From Patescibacteria group bacterium (GTDB taxonomy: Bacteria; Patescibacteriota; CPR2; UBA1875; CAIMLA01), in NCBI GenBank assembly GCA_041738615.1, contig JBGSPL010000003.1, positions 24,708-88,707 on the forward strand: DNA of 64,000 nt, in the 5' to 3' direction. Under the pieces are notes generated by a model that saw only the letters and a program-made list of their open reading frames with translations, was not told the DNA's origin and made no database searches. The first letter of the stretch is position 1; each line of letters begins with the position of its first letter. Shown here piece after piece: positions 49,324-57,949 of the stretch. The position numbers were made by a program, and so were the translations under genes.

Positions 49324-49388
49324 GTATATATATTAGAGCCAGAGCAGAAAATTGTCCACTCGTAAGTAGGCCCCATCAACGGCGAAGG

Positions 49389-49417
49389 CCCCGGAACCTT
49401 GGCGGTTCCGGGGCCTT
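49389..49417. terminator. GC-rich perfect hairpin GGCCCCGGAACC-ttggcg-GGTTCCGGGGCC (12-bp stem) downstream of the foreign ORF
   Basis: Inverted repeat read from sequence. Lies between the stop of the 49426..49992 ORF and the ABC operon promoter. Confidence 0.5.
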
Positions 49418-49425
49418 GCAGAAAG

Positions 49426-49992
49426 CTAGTACTTGATGCCGTACTCGTCGAGCTTCTCGCAAACCGGGGGCGTGAGCCACCCATTCTTGCGCAGAACCTC
49501 GATACCGTCGTCGGGCAAGTCACCCGTCTCGATCCGGTTTCGGATGCACTCATCCATTGCACCCAACTCGGCGACCTCCTTGGTCGGCCGGTGGCGCGTA
49601 GCACACACACAGGCGCTCTTTGCCGCGCCGACGATGCGCACGTGCTCAGTGAGAACCCAGAGCTCGTTGATCCCAGTGGGATCACTAAGCTCGAATCCCA
49701 CCTCGGTCCCATCCTGAGGGACTATCCCCTTGGGCGTCTCGAGCGGATGATCGAGGTCGACACACACGTACTTCTTGCCCGAACGAGCCCAGAAACCTCC
49801 AGGTACCTTTACCCGGTACTCATGAAGGTCCTTGGTCAGGACCGTGGCATAGCGGTAACGACCGCGCCCGGCGGTCCCGGTAATGGTGCCGAACGTGAGC
49901 ATAGCCTCGCGGACGTCCCGGTTGAATGTAAGCCCGGTCTTGTCCTCGAAGTTCTGCCCAGTTGTTCTGGAAACCTCCACCTTGCGCTGCAT
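49426..49992 (-). CDS. Hypothetical protein (188 aa) encoded in a ~62% GC island; likely horizontally acquired
   Basis: Local GC is about 15 points above flanking DNA. Balanced amino-acid composition (K/E/D-rich). Purine-rich RBS (GAGAGGGGA) before the ATG. The competing plus-strand ORF has antisense-like L/R/G-rich composition. Confidence 0.55.
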   Translation of the reverse strand: MQRKVEVSRTTGQNFEDKTGLTFNRDVREAMLTFGTITGTAGRGRYRYATVLTKDLHEYRVKVPGGFWARSGKKYVCVDLDHPLETPKGIVPQDGTEVGFELSDPTGINELWVLTEHVRIVGAAKSACVCATRHRPTKEVAELGAMDECIRNRIETGDLPDDGIEVLRKNGWLTPPVCEKLDEYGIKY

Positions 49993-50118
49993 TGCATCCC
50001 CTCTCGCTGTGGGTAACTTTCCGCTTCCTCCGAAAGCTGGCTAAACCAGCTCACGAACATCCAAGTATACAACAGTTGTTCTCTAAAGTCAAGTATTTCG
50101 ATACCGCCACCCTTCGTA

Positions 50119-50146
50119 TTGACAGGGTCACTGGGTAGAGTAAAAT
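50119..50146 (+). promoter_or_regulatory. Sigma70-like promoter TTGACA-N16-TAAAAT for the response-regulator gene
   Basis: -35 at 50119-50124, -10 at 50141-50146, AGGAG RBS at 50153-50157, ATG at 50163. Confidence 0.55.
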
Positions 50147-50162
50147 AAACACAGGAGTAAAT

Positions 50163-50552
50163 ATGGCAATAAGAATCTTACTTGCAGAAGATGACATCCA
50201 GCTAGTCGACATGTACAGTCGCAAATTTGCGCTCGACGGCTTTGATGTTCAACTAGCCGAGGATGGTCAGAAAGCAATCGACATCCTGAAAACTGGTTTT
50301 GTACCAGATGTTGCCATTCTTGATGTAATGATGCCCCAAGTGGATGGCTTGCAAGTACTCGCCTATATCCGCGAGCAAAAAGAGCTAGATGATCTCATCG
50401 TAATCATGCTCACAAACCTCTCCGACGAGAAGACCGCAGAAAGAATCTATGCCCTCGGTGCCACTGAGTACCTCGTGAAAGCGGAGTTTACCCCACTCGA
50501 GGTTTCGGCCAAAGTAAAAGAACTGATCGAATACTACAAAAAAAAGAAATAA
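50163..50552 (+). CDS. Stand-alone response regulator receiver (REC/CheY-like) domain protein
   Basis: ILLAEDD...phospho-acceptor Asp in ILDVMMP, conserved T and K. 129 aa with no output domain. Confidence 0.85.
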   Translation: MAIRILLAEDDIQLVDMYSRKFALDGFDVQLAEDGQKAIDILKTGFVPDVAILDVMMPQVDGLQVLAYIREQKELDDLIVIMLTNLSDEKTAERIYALGATEYLVKAEFTPLEVSAKVKELIEYYKKKK

Positions 50553-50577
50553 AAAAGACCCCGACCGGGGTCTTTTT
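50551..50577. terminator. Bidirectional rho-independent terminator AAAAAAGACCCC-gacc-GGGGTCTTTTT
   Basis: 6-bp GC stem flanked by an A-run and a T-run. Lies between the convergent REC and thioredoxin genes. Confidence 0.8.
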
Positions 50578-50582
50578 CGAAA

Positions 50583-51092
50583 CTAGTTTAGATATTTATC
50601 AATGAAAGTTTTGAACTCAGCCTTAGTTCGCTCACCAGTGATAGTTTCCATCTTTTGACCGTCTTTGTAAAATGAAACGGCAGGGACGTATTGGAAATTC
50701 TTGTCCCAGCTGAGAATGAAGTCACGATTAGCATCCACTGCGACACTCATCTTCCCGACCACAATCTTGTCACCGTATTCATCCGAAAGCTCCGTGAGTA
50801 TTGGCGCTATCTTCTGGCAATGTGAGCAAGTTGGTGAATACATATCGACTACAACCATCTTGTTTTTGGTTGTTACTTCATCGAAATTCTCTGGAGTTAA
50901 GGCTATCTCGCGCGCACCGAGCTTATCGACATCAGCGACCGTCGTGTCTTCTGACTTCGTCGTTGTCTTGGTATTATTATCTGCCGGTTTCGTGCTCCAG
51001 GAATAGTAAATGATTCCGCCGAGGGTAAGTAATGCTACCACGATAAGTCCGATAGTTGCCTTATTCGATGTACTGACTGTATCTTTTGCCAT
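50583..51092 (-). CDS. Membrane-anchored thioredoxin-family protein (CxxC)
   Basis: N-terminal TM, thioredoxin active site SPTCSHCQ. 169 aa. Confidence 0.8.
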   Translation of the reverse strand: MAKDTVSTSNKATIGLIVVALLTLGGIIYYSWSTKPADNNTKTTTKSEDTTVADVDKLGAREIALTPENFDEVTTKNKMVVVDMYSPTCSHCQKIAPILTELSDEYGDKIVVGKMSVAVDANRDFILSWDKNFQYVPAVSFYKDGQKMETITGERTKAEFKTFIDKYLN

Positions 51093-51154
51093 GGTGTATC
51101 TCCGTTTAGTCCAATAATTATACCAGAGATAGATTCAACCTACAAAAAGCAAAA

Positions 51155-51178
51155 GCCCCACCTTTCGGTGGGGAGCTT
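51155..51178 (-). terminator. Rho-independent terminator downstream of tRNA-Lys (hairpin CCCCACC-tttc-GGTGGGG plus T-run on the minus strand)
   Basis: Minus-strand reading: GCTCCCCACCGAAAGGTGGGGCTTTTGCTTTTT. Confidence 0.7.
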
Positions 51179-51182
51179 GCTA

Positions 51183-51258
51183 TGGTGGGCCCGGCGCGAC
51201 TCGAACGCGCGACCAGTTGCTTAAGAGGCAATTGCTCTACCAACTGAGCTACAGGCCC
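51183..51258 (-). tRNA. tRNA-Lys (anticodon CUU)
   Basis: Reverse complement gives GGGCCTGTAGCTCAGTTGGTAGAGCAATTGCCTCTTAAGCAACTGGTCGCGCGTTCGAGTCGCGCCGGGCCCACCA. Loop CTCTTAA. Confidence 0.85.
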
Positions 51259-51447
51259 GCAAATAACTCTGACATACTAAAGATGACGGGGAAAATTATA
51301 GCATTTTAGAGACTGGTTTTCAACCGTTTCAACAATATCTTTCGGCCCCGACAAAAAACGAAGATTTTTGTCGGAAAACGAGGAGTTGCGAAAAGGTGAA
51401 TCGATTAGCTTTAGATAACTCGTGGAGTCTGACAGCAAACTCCGAAG

Positions 51448-51523
51448 TGGTGCGCCCGGTTGGATTCGAACCAACGACCAATAGCTTAGAAGGCTACTGC
51501 TCTATCCCCTGAGCTACGGGCGC
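51448..51523 (-). tRNA. tRNA-Arg (anticodon UCU)
   Basis: Reverse complement gives GCGCCCGTAGCTCAGGGGATAGAGCAGTAGCCTTCTAAGCTATTGGTCGTTGGTTCGAATCCAACCGGGCGCACCA. Loop CTTCTAA. Confidence 0.85.
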
Positions 51524-51612
51524 GTAAAGCCACCTGATTATACTTGATTTAAAGGATATTTTCAATCATTAACCTAGCCACAAAGCCATTTTTCTGTTAT
51601 AATCTGCAGGCC

Positions 51613-52815
51613 ATGAAAACAGACACTAAACAACTAGGCTTTGCGCTTGGTCGCGACACTGCACTCTCGGTAGCAGAAATTTTTGCATACCTGAAGAGAT
51701 TAGGCATAGACACTTTGTCGCGCCTCCTCATCGGTGACATTCTGATTATTGAAATAGCTAGCGCCGAAAAGGATCGGATAGACATAAACTCACTTGGTGG
51801 TAGTATCAAGGTTTTCGAGGTTCTGGGTGAATTTACCTCAGGCACAGAAATCGCCGAAAAATTGCTTACCGAAGTCAATTACGAGTCAGAAAAGCGCGTT
51901 AACTTTGGCGTTTCGGGTTACGGAAATGTGAACAAAAATTTTGTTCTAAAAGCAGGTTACGACGTCAAAAATAAGCTCCAAGAGAGTGGCTATGCCGCAC
52001 GTTTCGTCACAGGGAAAACTGTCGATTTATCGAGCGTAATTGTAAACGAAAACAAGCTTATCGAGCGTGGATTCGAAGCAATCATCGTAAAAGCTGGCAC
52101 ACAATATATCTTAGGCAAAACACTTGCAGTCCAGGACTACAAAGCCTACTCAAAACGTGACTTTGGACGCCCAGTAAGGGATGCACGCAACGGAATGTTG
52201 CCACCAAAGCTTGCTCAAATGATGATAAACTTTGCCGCTTCCCCACTGGAATCCGTCCTATACGACCCTTTTTGTGGTAGTGGTACTATTCTACAAGAAG
52301 CCCTATTTCTCGGTTACCGTGACATTTACGGCAGTGATATAGAAAAGAAGAACATTACCGATACCCTTACCAATATGGAATGGCTCTACCAGCGCTTCGG
52401 GATGCCAAAAATTACCGAGGATAGAGTCTTTCTCTCTGATATTCTAAAGCCAGAAAGAGAGATCGCGAGCGCTGCAATAGTTGGTGAGGGCTACCTCGGT
52501 GAACCAGTGCGTAGACGTAAGGACAAGGCAATCGCCGACTCTCAGAAACTTGCTCAATTCTACATACACGCTCTTACGAACATGACCAAACAGCTTACAG
52601 CAGATGCGACTATAGTAATCGCTATCCCTTTCTATATAGTTGAGAAAGAATACATATACCTGCCGCTAATGGATAAACTCGAAAAGCTGGGTCTTACAAC
52701 GATAAACTACATCCCTAAAGATTTGGAAATCCGTCGTTTTGGGCGTGGGAACCTCACTTACTCACGAGCTGATCAGTTCGTGGGACGAGAAATCCTAGTA
52801 CTCAAAAAGAGCTAG
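51613..52815 (+). CDS. THUMP-domain class I SAM-dependent RNA methyltransferase (RlmL/Trm14-like)
   Basis: N-terminal THUMP-like region; methyltransferase motif I DPFCGSGTILQEA; 400 aa. Confidence 0.7.
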   Translation: MKTDTKQLGFALGRDTALSVAEIFAYLKRLGIDTLSRLLIGDILIIEIASAEKDRIDINSLGGSIKVFEVLGEFTSGTEIAEKLLTEVNYESEKRVNFGVSGYGNVNKNFVLKAGYDVKNKLQESGYAARFVTGKTVDLSSVIVNENKLIERGFEAIIVKAGTQYILGKTLAVQDYKAYSKRDFGRPVRDARNGMLPPKLAQMMINFAASPLESVLYDPFCGSGTILQEALFLGYRDIYGSDIEKKNITDTLTNMEWLYQRFGMPKITEDRVFLSDILKPEREIASAAIVGEGYLGEPVRRRKDKAIADSQKLAQFYIHALTNMTKQLTADATIVIAIPFYIVEKEYIYLPLMDKLEKLGLTTINYIPKDLEIRRFGRGNLTYSRADQFVGREILVLKKS

Positions 52816-52842
52816 CCGGCCGGCTAGCTCTTTGAATAATAG

Positions 52843-54054
52843 TTATTCGTATCTCAAGGCTTCGATCGGATCCTTTTGAGCCGCTCGTAGTGCTGGCCAA
52901 AGGCCGAAGATAATTCCGATTACTGTAGAAACGCCGAGTGCTACTAGTATCACATTCGGGGTTATGGATGGTGTTAATGGTGTCTTCGCAGCGACTACAG
53001 CACCGACGCCAAATGAGATCAGAAGTCCGATCAGTCCACCGATGAGGGTAACGAATACAGCCTCCACTAGGAACTGTGTAGCGATGGCAAGCTTCGTGGC
53101 ACCGACCGCCTTTCGCAGGCCGATCTCCTTGGTTCTTTCGGTTACGGTTACGAGCATGATGTTCATGATACCAATACCGCCAACCACCAGTGAAATCGCT
53201 GCAATTGCAGATACCAAGGTCGTTGCAAGAGACAAGAACTGGTCAAATAGTCCCAAAATGTCGTCCTGTGTAAGCACAGAGAAATTTTCTTCCCCTGCAT
53301 GCGATTTCAATATCGCCTTCTTCACAGCTTCCTTTACGGATGAAACCTTTGCGTCATTTGCCGCCTTCACAACGATACGATTTATAGTTACCTTGCCTTT
53401 ATTGAGAGCTGTACCTGTTTCGAAAGGTACCACCGCAAGTGAGCTAAATTCGTTGCCAAAGATACTAGACGCTTCTACTTCGCCGAAAACACCCACTATC
53501 GTGAAAGGGGTCTTGTTGATACTGATAGTCTTCCCTACAGCATCTACGTCCCCAAACACGTCTTTTTTTATCTGAGGACCGATGACTACGACGTCCCCTG
53601 CGGTAATAGATTCAAACATCTTGCCGTCTTTGACCTTCAGAATCTCGAGGGCTTTCTCAAAATTGGGATAAGTACCTGTGACAGTAGCGTTTACTGGCTT
53701 ACCGTCACTAGTAACCGTGCCAGCCACAAGAGCCATAGGGGCTACTTCTGTTACCCCCGAGACGCCCTTGATTGCATCCACATCATTCAAGGTCAGTATG
53801 TCTCCCGCAATAAAATTCGCCGGGTTCGAACCCCCCATCCCCGAGCCGCTCTTGGTATCAATCTTTCCTGCTGTTACAAACATTAAATTCGAACCAAAAC
53901 CTCTGATTAGGGTGGAGACCTCGTCCTTCAAGCCTTGGCCCAAGGAAACCAGGATGGTGACTGAAGCAACTCCGATAACGATACCAAGAACAGTAAGCAC
54001 ACTGCGAACCTTGTTGGACCAGATAGATAGTAGTGCTGTCTTTACGCTTTCCAT
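52843..54054 (-). CDS. ABC transporter permease, MacB/FtsX-like (periplasmic MacB_PCD + FtsX 4-TM)
   Basis: N-terminal TM, large extracytoplasmic domain, C-terminal FtsX TM bundle. 403 aa. Confidence 0.8.
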   Translation of the reverse strand: MESVKTALLSIWSNKVRSVLTVLGIVIGVASVTILVSLGQGLKDEVSTLIRGFGSNLMFVTAGKIDTKSGSGMGGSNPANFIAGDILTLNDVDAIKGVSGVTEVAPMALVAGTVTSDGKPVNATVTGTYPNFEKALEILKVKDGKMFESITAGDVVVIGPQIKKDVFGDVDAVGKTISINKTPFTIVGVFGEVEASSIFGNEFSSLAVVPFETGTALNKGKVTINRIVVKAANDAKVSSVKEAVKKAILKSHAGEENFSVLTQDDILGLFDQFLSLATTLVSAIAAISLVVGGIGIMNIMLVTVTERTKEIGLRKAVGATKLAIATQFLVEAVFVTLIGGLIGLLISFGVGAVVAAKTPLTPSITPNVILVALGVSTVIGIIFGLWPALRAAQKDPIEALRYE

Positions 54055-54782
54055 TACTTCGCTCCTTTCATTGGTTTCTGGACCTCGCCATCCAGGATTC
54101 TGATTGTGCGATCAGCAAAATCTGCTATCCTCTGATCATGAGTGATAAGAATAACCGTTTTACCCTTTTTGTTAAGCTCCGTCAGCAAATTCATGATTTC
54201 TGTACCGCTCTTGCTATCGAGGTTCCCCGTAGGTTCATCGGCAAGAATGATGTCCGGATTGTTGATGAGAGAACGTGCGATAGCCACACGTTGGATTTGA
54301 CCGCCCGAAAGCTCTGTAGGCCTGTGATCTTCGCGACCTGCTAGCCCGACCTCCCGGAGAAGCTCCCTTGCTCTTTCTTCGCGGTCAACCTTTCCAATCT
54401 TTCGGTACTGAGTGGGCATCAGGACATTCTTCATGGCAGTTATCTTTGATAGTAGATTAAATGTTTGAAAGACGAAACCAATTCGTTCCGAACGCAGCTT
54501 CGCTAGTTTTGAATCGGCCATGTCGAGCTCTATCTTCTTACCAGCGATGAAGAGCTCACCCTTGGTTGGACGATCAAGTAGTCCAATGATATGCATCAAA
54601 GTCGATTTACCTGATCCCGACGGCCCCATAATCGCTACAAACTCTCCGGACTCAATCTTGATATCGATGTTCTTTAGTGCATCGACGTGTAACTTACCTG
54701 TCTTGTATGACTTTGATACCTTTCTTAGTTCTATTGCTACTGACATATCACTCCCATCTAAATAGTTTAATTGCCAAGACAA
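54054..54782 (-). CDS. ABC transporter ATP-binding protein (MacB/LolD-type)
   Basis: Walker A GPSGSGKST, signature LSGGQIQR, Walker B ILADEPT. ATGA-coupled to the permease. Confidence 0.88.
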   Translation of the reverse strand: MSWQLNYLDGSDMSVAIELRKVSKSYKTGKLHVDALKNIDIKIESGEFVAIMGPSGSGKSTLMHIIGLLDRPTKGELFIAGKKIELDMADSKLAKLRSERIGFVFQTFNLLSKITAMKNVLMPTQYRKIGKVDREERARELLREVGLAGREDHRPTELSGGQIQRVAIARSLINNPDIILADEPTGNLDSKSGTEIMNLLTELNKKGKTVILITHDQRIADFADRTIRILDGEVQKPMKGAK

Positions 54783-55935
54783 ACATTATTACCGCCCATA
54801 TTGCGAGTCCTATCAGGTCTCCACTGATCTGAGTGATCGTGTATCCTTTCACCATGACGTTACGGAGTGCATCAGAGAAGTAGGTCAGGGGAAAGTAGTC
54901 CGACGCCCTAAGTAGCCAGTCTGGGAATGCATCCCGAGGGAAAAAGATACCGGAGAGAAACATCTGAGGAAACACAAACAAGTTGGCAAGGGCTGCTACA
55001 GTATTCTGCGTACTTGCGATTCCCGAAAGCGCAAAACCCATCGACAGGAAGATCAAACCTCCGGCAACAATCAAGAGGACCACGAGACCTAGACTGCCGA
55101 CAACATGAAGGTTGAATGCTAGGATGCCGAGGAGTATCAGAATCGATGCCTGCATAAATGTGATGATAACCCTGGAAACTATCTGAGAGAAAATGATTAC
55201 CCCAGGATGAATTGGTGTAGCCAAAAGACGCTTCAGGATACCGCGCTCGCGCCAGGAAACTATCTGGCCAGTGACGGCGAAAATAGAGAGTTGCATTACA
55301 CTCATCGCCACAAGCCCCGGGATCAAGAAATCGATATATTTGAGGTCATTACCAGATATCGAGAGTTGTTTTACCTCGAAGAAATTCGGGACTCTTGCAA
55401 TCTGGTGCGTCACCCCGTCAAATATCTTGTCAAAGACCGTGAATCCGACGCTTATGGTGGACGAGTTCTGGCTCTGATCATAGTAGATATCGATTCGCTG
55501 CGGCGTTACTGTCAATGCAGCTACAGCTGCCTGCTGTTGTGATACTGGCAACTTCGCTAGCTCTGCTTGCTTTGCCCCGTACTCCGCAAAATTCGCCCCA
55601 AAACCCTCAGGAATCACTAGTGCATAGGTCTGCTTGGAGTTCTTGAGGTCCGCCAGAGCGTCGTCCTTGCTCTTCGTGGTAATCGTAAAGACACTGACCT
55701 TTTGTAGTGCTGTTACAATCTGCTGTGACGCCTGATTGTTTGCCTCATCAACAACCGCAACATTAAACTTTACACCGCCGCCCGTATTGATGACACCAAA
55801 AATGCTCATCAACATCACGGGGATAAAAAGCGAGAAGAAAATGGCGGTTTTCTCACGGAAAAACATCAAAATCATGTATTTTGCGATTGTAAGCGTGTTT
55901 AGGATTTCTTTTTTGATTTTACGTAAGTTCATCAT
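54748..55935 (-). CDS. ABC-2 family transporter permease
   Basis: 395 aa. N-terminal TM, large extracytoplasmic loop, five C-terminal TM helices. Confidence 0.7.
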   Translation of the reverse strand: MMNLRKIKKEILNTLTIAKYMILMFFREKTAIFFSLFIPVMLMSIFGVINTGGGVKFNVAVVDEANNQASQQIVTALQKVSVFTITTKSKDDALADLKNSKQTYALVIPEGFGANFAEYGAKQAELAKLPVSQQQAAVAALTVTPQRIDIYYDQSQNSSTISVGFTVFDKIFDGVTHQIARVPNFFEVKQLSISGNDLKYIDFLIPGLVAMSVMQLSIFAVTGQIVSWRERGILKRLLATPIHPGVIIFSQIVSRVIITFMQASILILLGILAFNLHVVGSLGLVVLLIVAGGLIFLSMGFALSGIASTQNTVAALANLFVFPQMFLSGIFFPRDAFPDWLLRASDYFPLTYFSDALRNVMVKGYTITQISGDLIGLAIWAVIMFVLAIKLFRWE

Positions 55936-56693
55936 TAGTCCCTCAATGTCTTTCCGGTTAAGTCTAGGAATACGTCTTCAAGTGTTGCCTCTTGCACCAC
56001 TTTTTTCTTCTTGAACCCACGACCGAGTAGTTTCTTGATCAGGTTTGCCGGGCTATCAATATCGATTATTTGGCCTTTATCTACTACAGCCACGCGGTCA
56101 CAGAGCTCCTCAGCCTCGTCCATATAATGGGTTGTGATAACAACAGTCATCCCTTTTCCGTTTATGTCCCGAATCAGGTCCCATAGATGGCGCCTAGCCT
56201 GAGGGTCCAGACCTGTAGTCGGCTCATCAAGAAAGAGCACTTCAGGTCTATTTACAAGTGCTGAGGCTATAGAAAAACGCTGTTTTTGACCACCGGAAAG
56301 TTTCTTCACCTGGGTTTTTGCTTTCTCTGTCAGTCCAACCTCTTCGAGAACCCTCATAGCGTCCACTCTGACCCCATAGAGGGAAGAGAAGAATTTAATC
56401 AGCTCCTCGAGCGTCAGGTTGTCAAAGAAAGCAGACGACTGAAGCTGCACGCCGATGAGGGCCTTTACCTTAGACTGATCCCGGCAAACATTCACGCCAG
56501 CAACTACAATGTCTCCGCTGTCGCTTTTGCGCAACCCTTCGAGCATTTCGAGAGTGGTGGTTTTCCCCGCGCCGTTTGGCCCGAGCATACCGAATACCTC
56601 CCCCTTCTTGACCTCAAAACTGATACCACGAACAGCCTTCACGTTGCCGAAGGACTTTTGTAAATTCTTTACAGTTATAATGTTTTCGGACAT
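55935..56693 (-). CDS. ABC transporter ATP-binding protein
   Basis: Walker A GPNGAGKTT, signature LSGGQKQR, Walker B LFLDEPT. 252 aa. Confidence 0.88.
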   Translation of the reverse strand: MSENIITVKNLQKSFGNVKAVRGISFEVKKGEVFGMLGPNGAGKTTTLEMLEGLRKSDSGDIVVAGVNVCRDQSKVKALIGVQLQSSAFFDNLTLEELIKFFSSLYGVRVDAMRVLEEVGLTEKAKTQVKKLSGGQKQRFSIASALVNRPEVLFLDEPTTGLDPQARRHLWDLIRDINGKGMTVVITTHYMDEAEELCDRVAVVDKGQIIDIDSPANLIKKLLGRGFKKKKVVQEATLEDVFLDLTGKTLRD

Positions 56694-56929
56694 TATTTCT
56701 CCTTCTTGATTATTGCTGCAAGCATGGACTGCCTTCTCGCCATCTCTGCAGTCATTTTTTCAAAAGCCGAGACCTTCATAAGCATCAGACCGTTATCATC
56801 GATTCCCATCACAAGCAACTTCTCCCCCTTATCGAGACCCAGAGCATTTCTAGCCTCTACAGGAATAACCACCTGCCCCTTATCGCTGACCACCGTGCTG
56901 CCATAAAATTCCGGTTGTGGCATCTTCAT
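56693..56929 (-). CDS. AbrB/SpoVT-type DNA-binding domain transcriptional regulator
   Basis: 78 aa. GQVVIPVEARNALGLDKGEKLLV swapped-hairpin motif. ATGA-coupled to the downstream ABC ATPase. Confidence 0.65.
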   Translation of the reverse strand: MKMPQPEFYGSTVVSDKGQVVIPVEARNALGLDKGEKLLVMGIDDNGLMLMKVSAFEKMTAEMARRQSMLAAIIKKEK

Positions 56930-57006
56930 ATTTACCTCTTACTTTTCTTACTTGTAGTAATTGTAGTATATCCAGAGATTTATGTCAATATCCGACCCAT
57001 TAAGCA

Positions 57007-57035
57007 TTGCAAAAATGTCTGTTTCGTTATATAAT
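57007..57035 (+). promoter_or_regulatory. Near-consensus sigma70 promoter TTGCAA-N17-TATAAT oriented toward the high-GC ORF
   Basis: -35 at 57007-57012, -10 at 57030-57035, in AT-rich DNA about 140 nt upstream of the ATG at 57176. Confidence 0.55.
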
Positions 57036-57175
57036 CGCAAATTACAGTACCTTAAGAATTGGGACTGCCTATACGCTTATTTTTACGAGTGCAAGCTGTA
57101 TTTGATCGTGAATGAATCACTGACAGCTGCCACTCGTAAATGCGAGCTGGCATACACCAATCAGCCAAGGAGGCG

Positions 57176-57901
57176 ATGATTGTGACGAGCACATTGCTTT
57201 GCCTGACCGAGGAGCAGCAGAGGTCTATTCAGGCCCTTGCATCAAATCTCCGGGCAGGATGGTTCGGCGACCTCATGACACACATGCAGCTCACCCTTCT
57301 CGACGGCTACGTTAGCATCGGGACAGACCAGCTCAATCGCGACAAGATCACCCTCAAGTACACCGAGGGGGTATCCTCGCTCGAGATCGTCTCGGAGCCC
57401 AAACGATGGGAACTCCGGGCTCATCACGACGGCGCCGACGCGATGGTGATCCTTGAGCCCGTTGTGACTTCAACGTTCGAGACGGAACCTGTCCTGGAGT
57501 GGACGTTGAAGGCAGTACAACTGCTTACCCCGGCCGCATCCAAGAGCCAGGAGTTCCTGATTCTGGAAGTACTCTTTGCCGCGCTTCGGCGCAATGGCAA
57601 GAAGGCCTTCACGACCCAGGGCAGCGGCAATGTCTTCTCCTTCGACGGTGATCACACTGTTTCATACGTGGGCAAGAAGGACGGCTTCGGCCACCAGCAC
57701 ATCTGGGTCTACGTCGAACATGCCGACCACTTCGAGCTCATCGGGAACGTCTACGGAGACGAGATCCGCACCACGAAGGTCGAGGTGGACGGCATCTACT
57801 TCCACGACAGTGAACAGCGGCGCCACCGCAGCGACCTGATCAACACGAAGGAGATGCACCCAGCCGAAGAAGCGCTCCGCCACATCTGCCGGCGCTTCTA
57901 G
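57176..57901 (+). CDS. Hypothetical protein (~241 aa) encoded in a ~59% GC island adjacent to tRNA-Pro; likely horizontally acquired
   Basis: Likely start ATG at 57176 with SD AAGGAGG at 57167-57173 (the ORF track start at 57140 lacks an SD). GC content is far above flanking DNA. No recognisable domain. Confidence 0.55.
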   Translation: MIVTSTLLCLTEEQQRSIQALASNLRAGWFGDLMTHMQLTLLDGYVSIGTDQLNRDKITLKYTEGVSSLEIVSEPKRWELRAHHDGADAMVILEPVVTSTFETEPVLEWTLKAVQLLTPAASKSQEFLILEVLFAALRRNGKKAFTTQGSGNVFSFDGDHTVSYVGKKDGFGHQHIWVYVEHADHFELIGNVYGDEIRTTKVEVDGIYFHDSEQRRHRSDLINTKEMHPAEEALRHICRRF

Positions 57902-57949
57902 CCGACGTCTGTGTAGACAACACCACGCAAGTTCTACGGAACGCATTAC

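Noticed and set aside
49399-50016. 205-aa plus-strand ORF, and 49320..49712 / 49433..49717 ORFs, inside the high-GC island
   Set aside because: L/R/G/P-rich composition is typical of antisense or out-of-frame reading of a high-GC gene. The minus-strand 188-aa ORF has protein-like composition and an RBS. Only one is called.
56982-57179. 65-aa plus-strand ORF upstream of the high-GC gene
   Set aside because: It covers the AT-rich promoter (TTGCAA-N17-TATAAT) and 5' UTR and has no RBS. It is more parsimoniously regulatory DNA.
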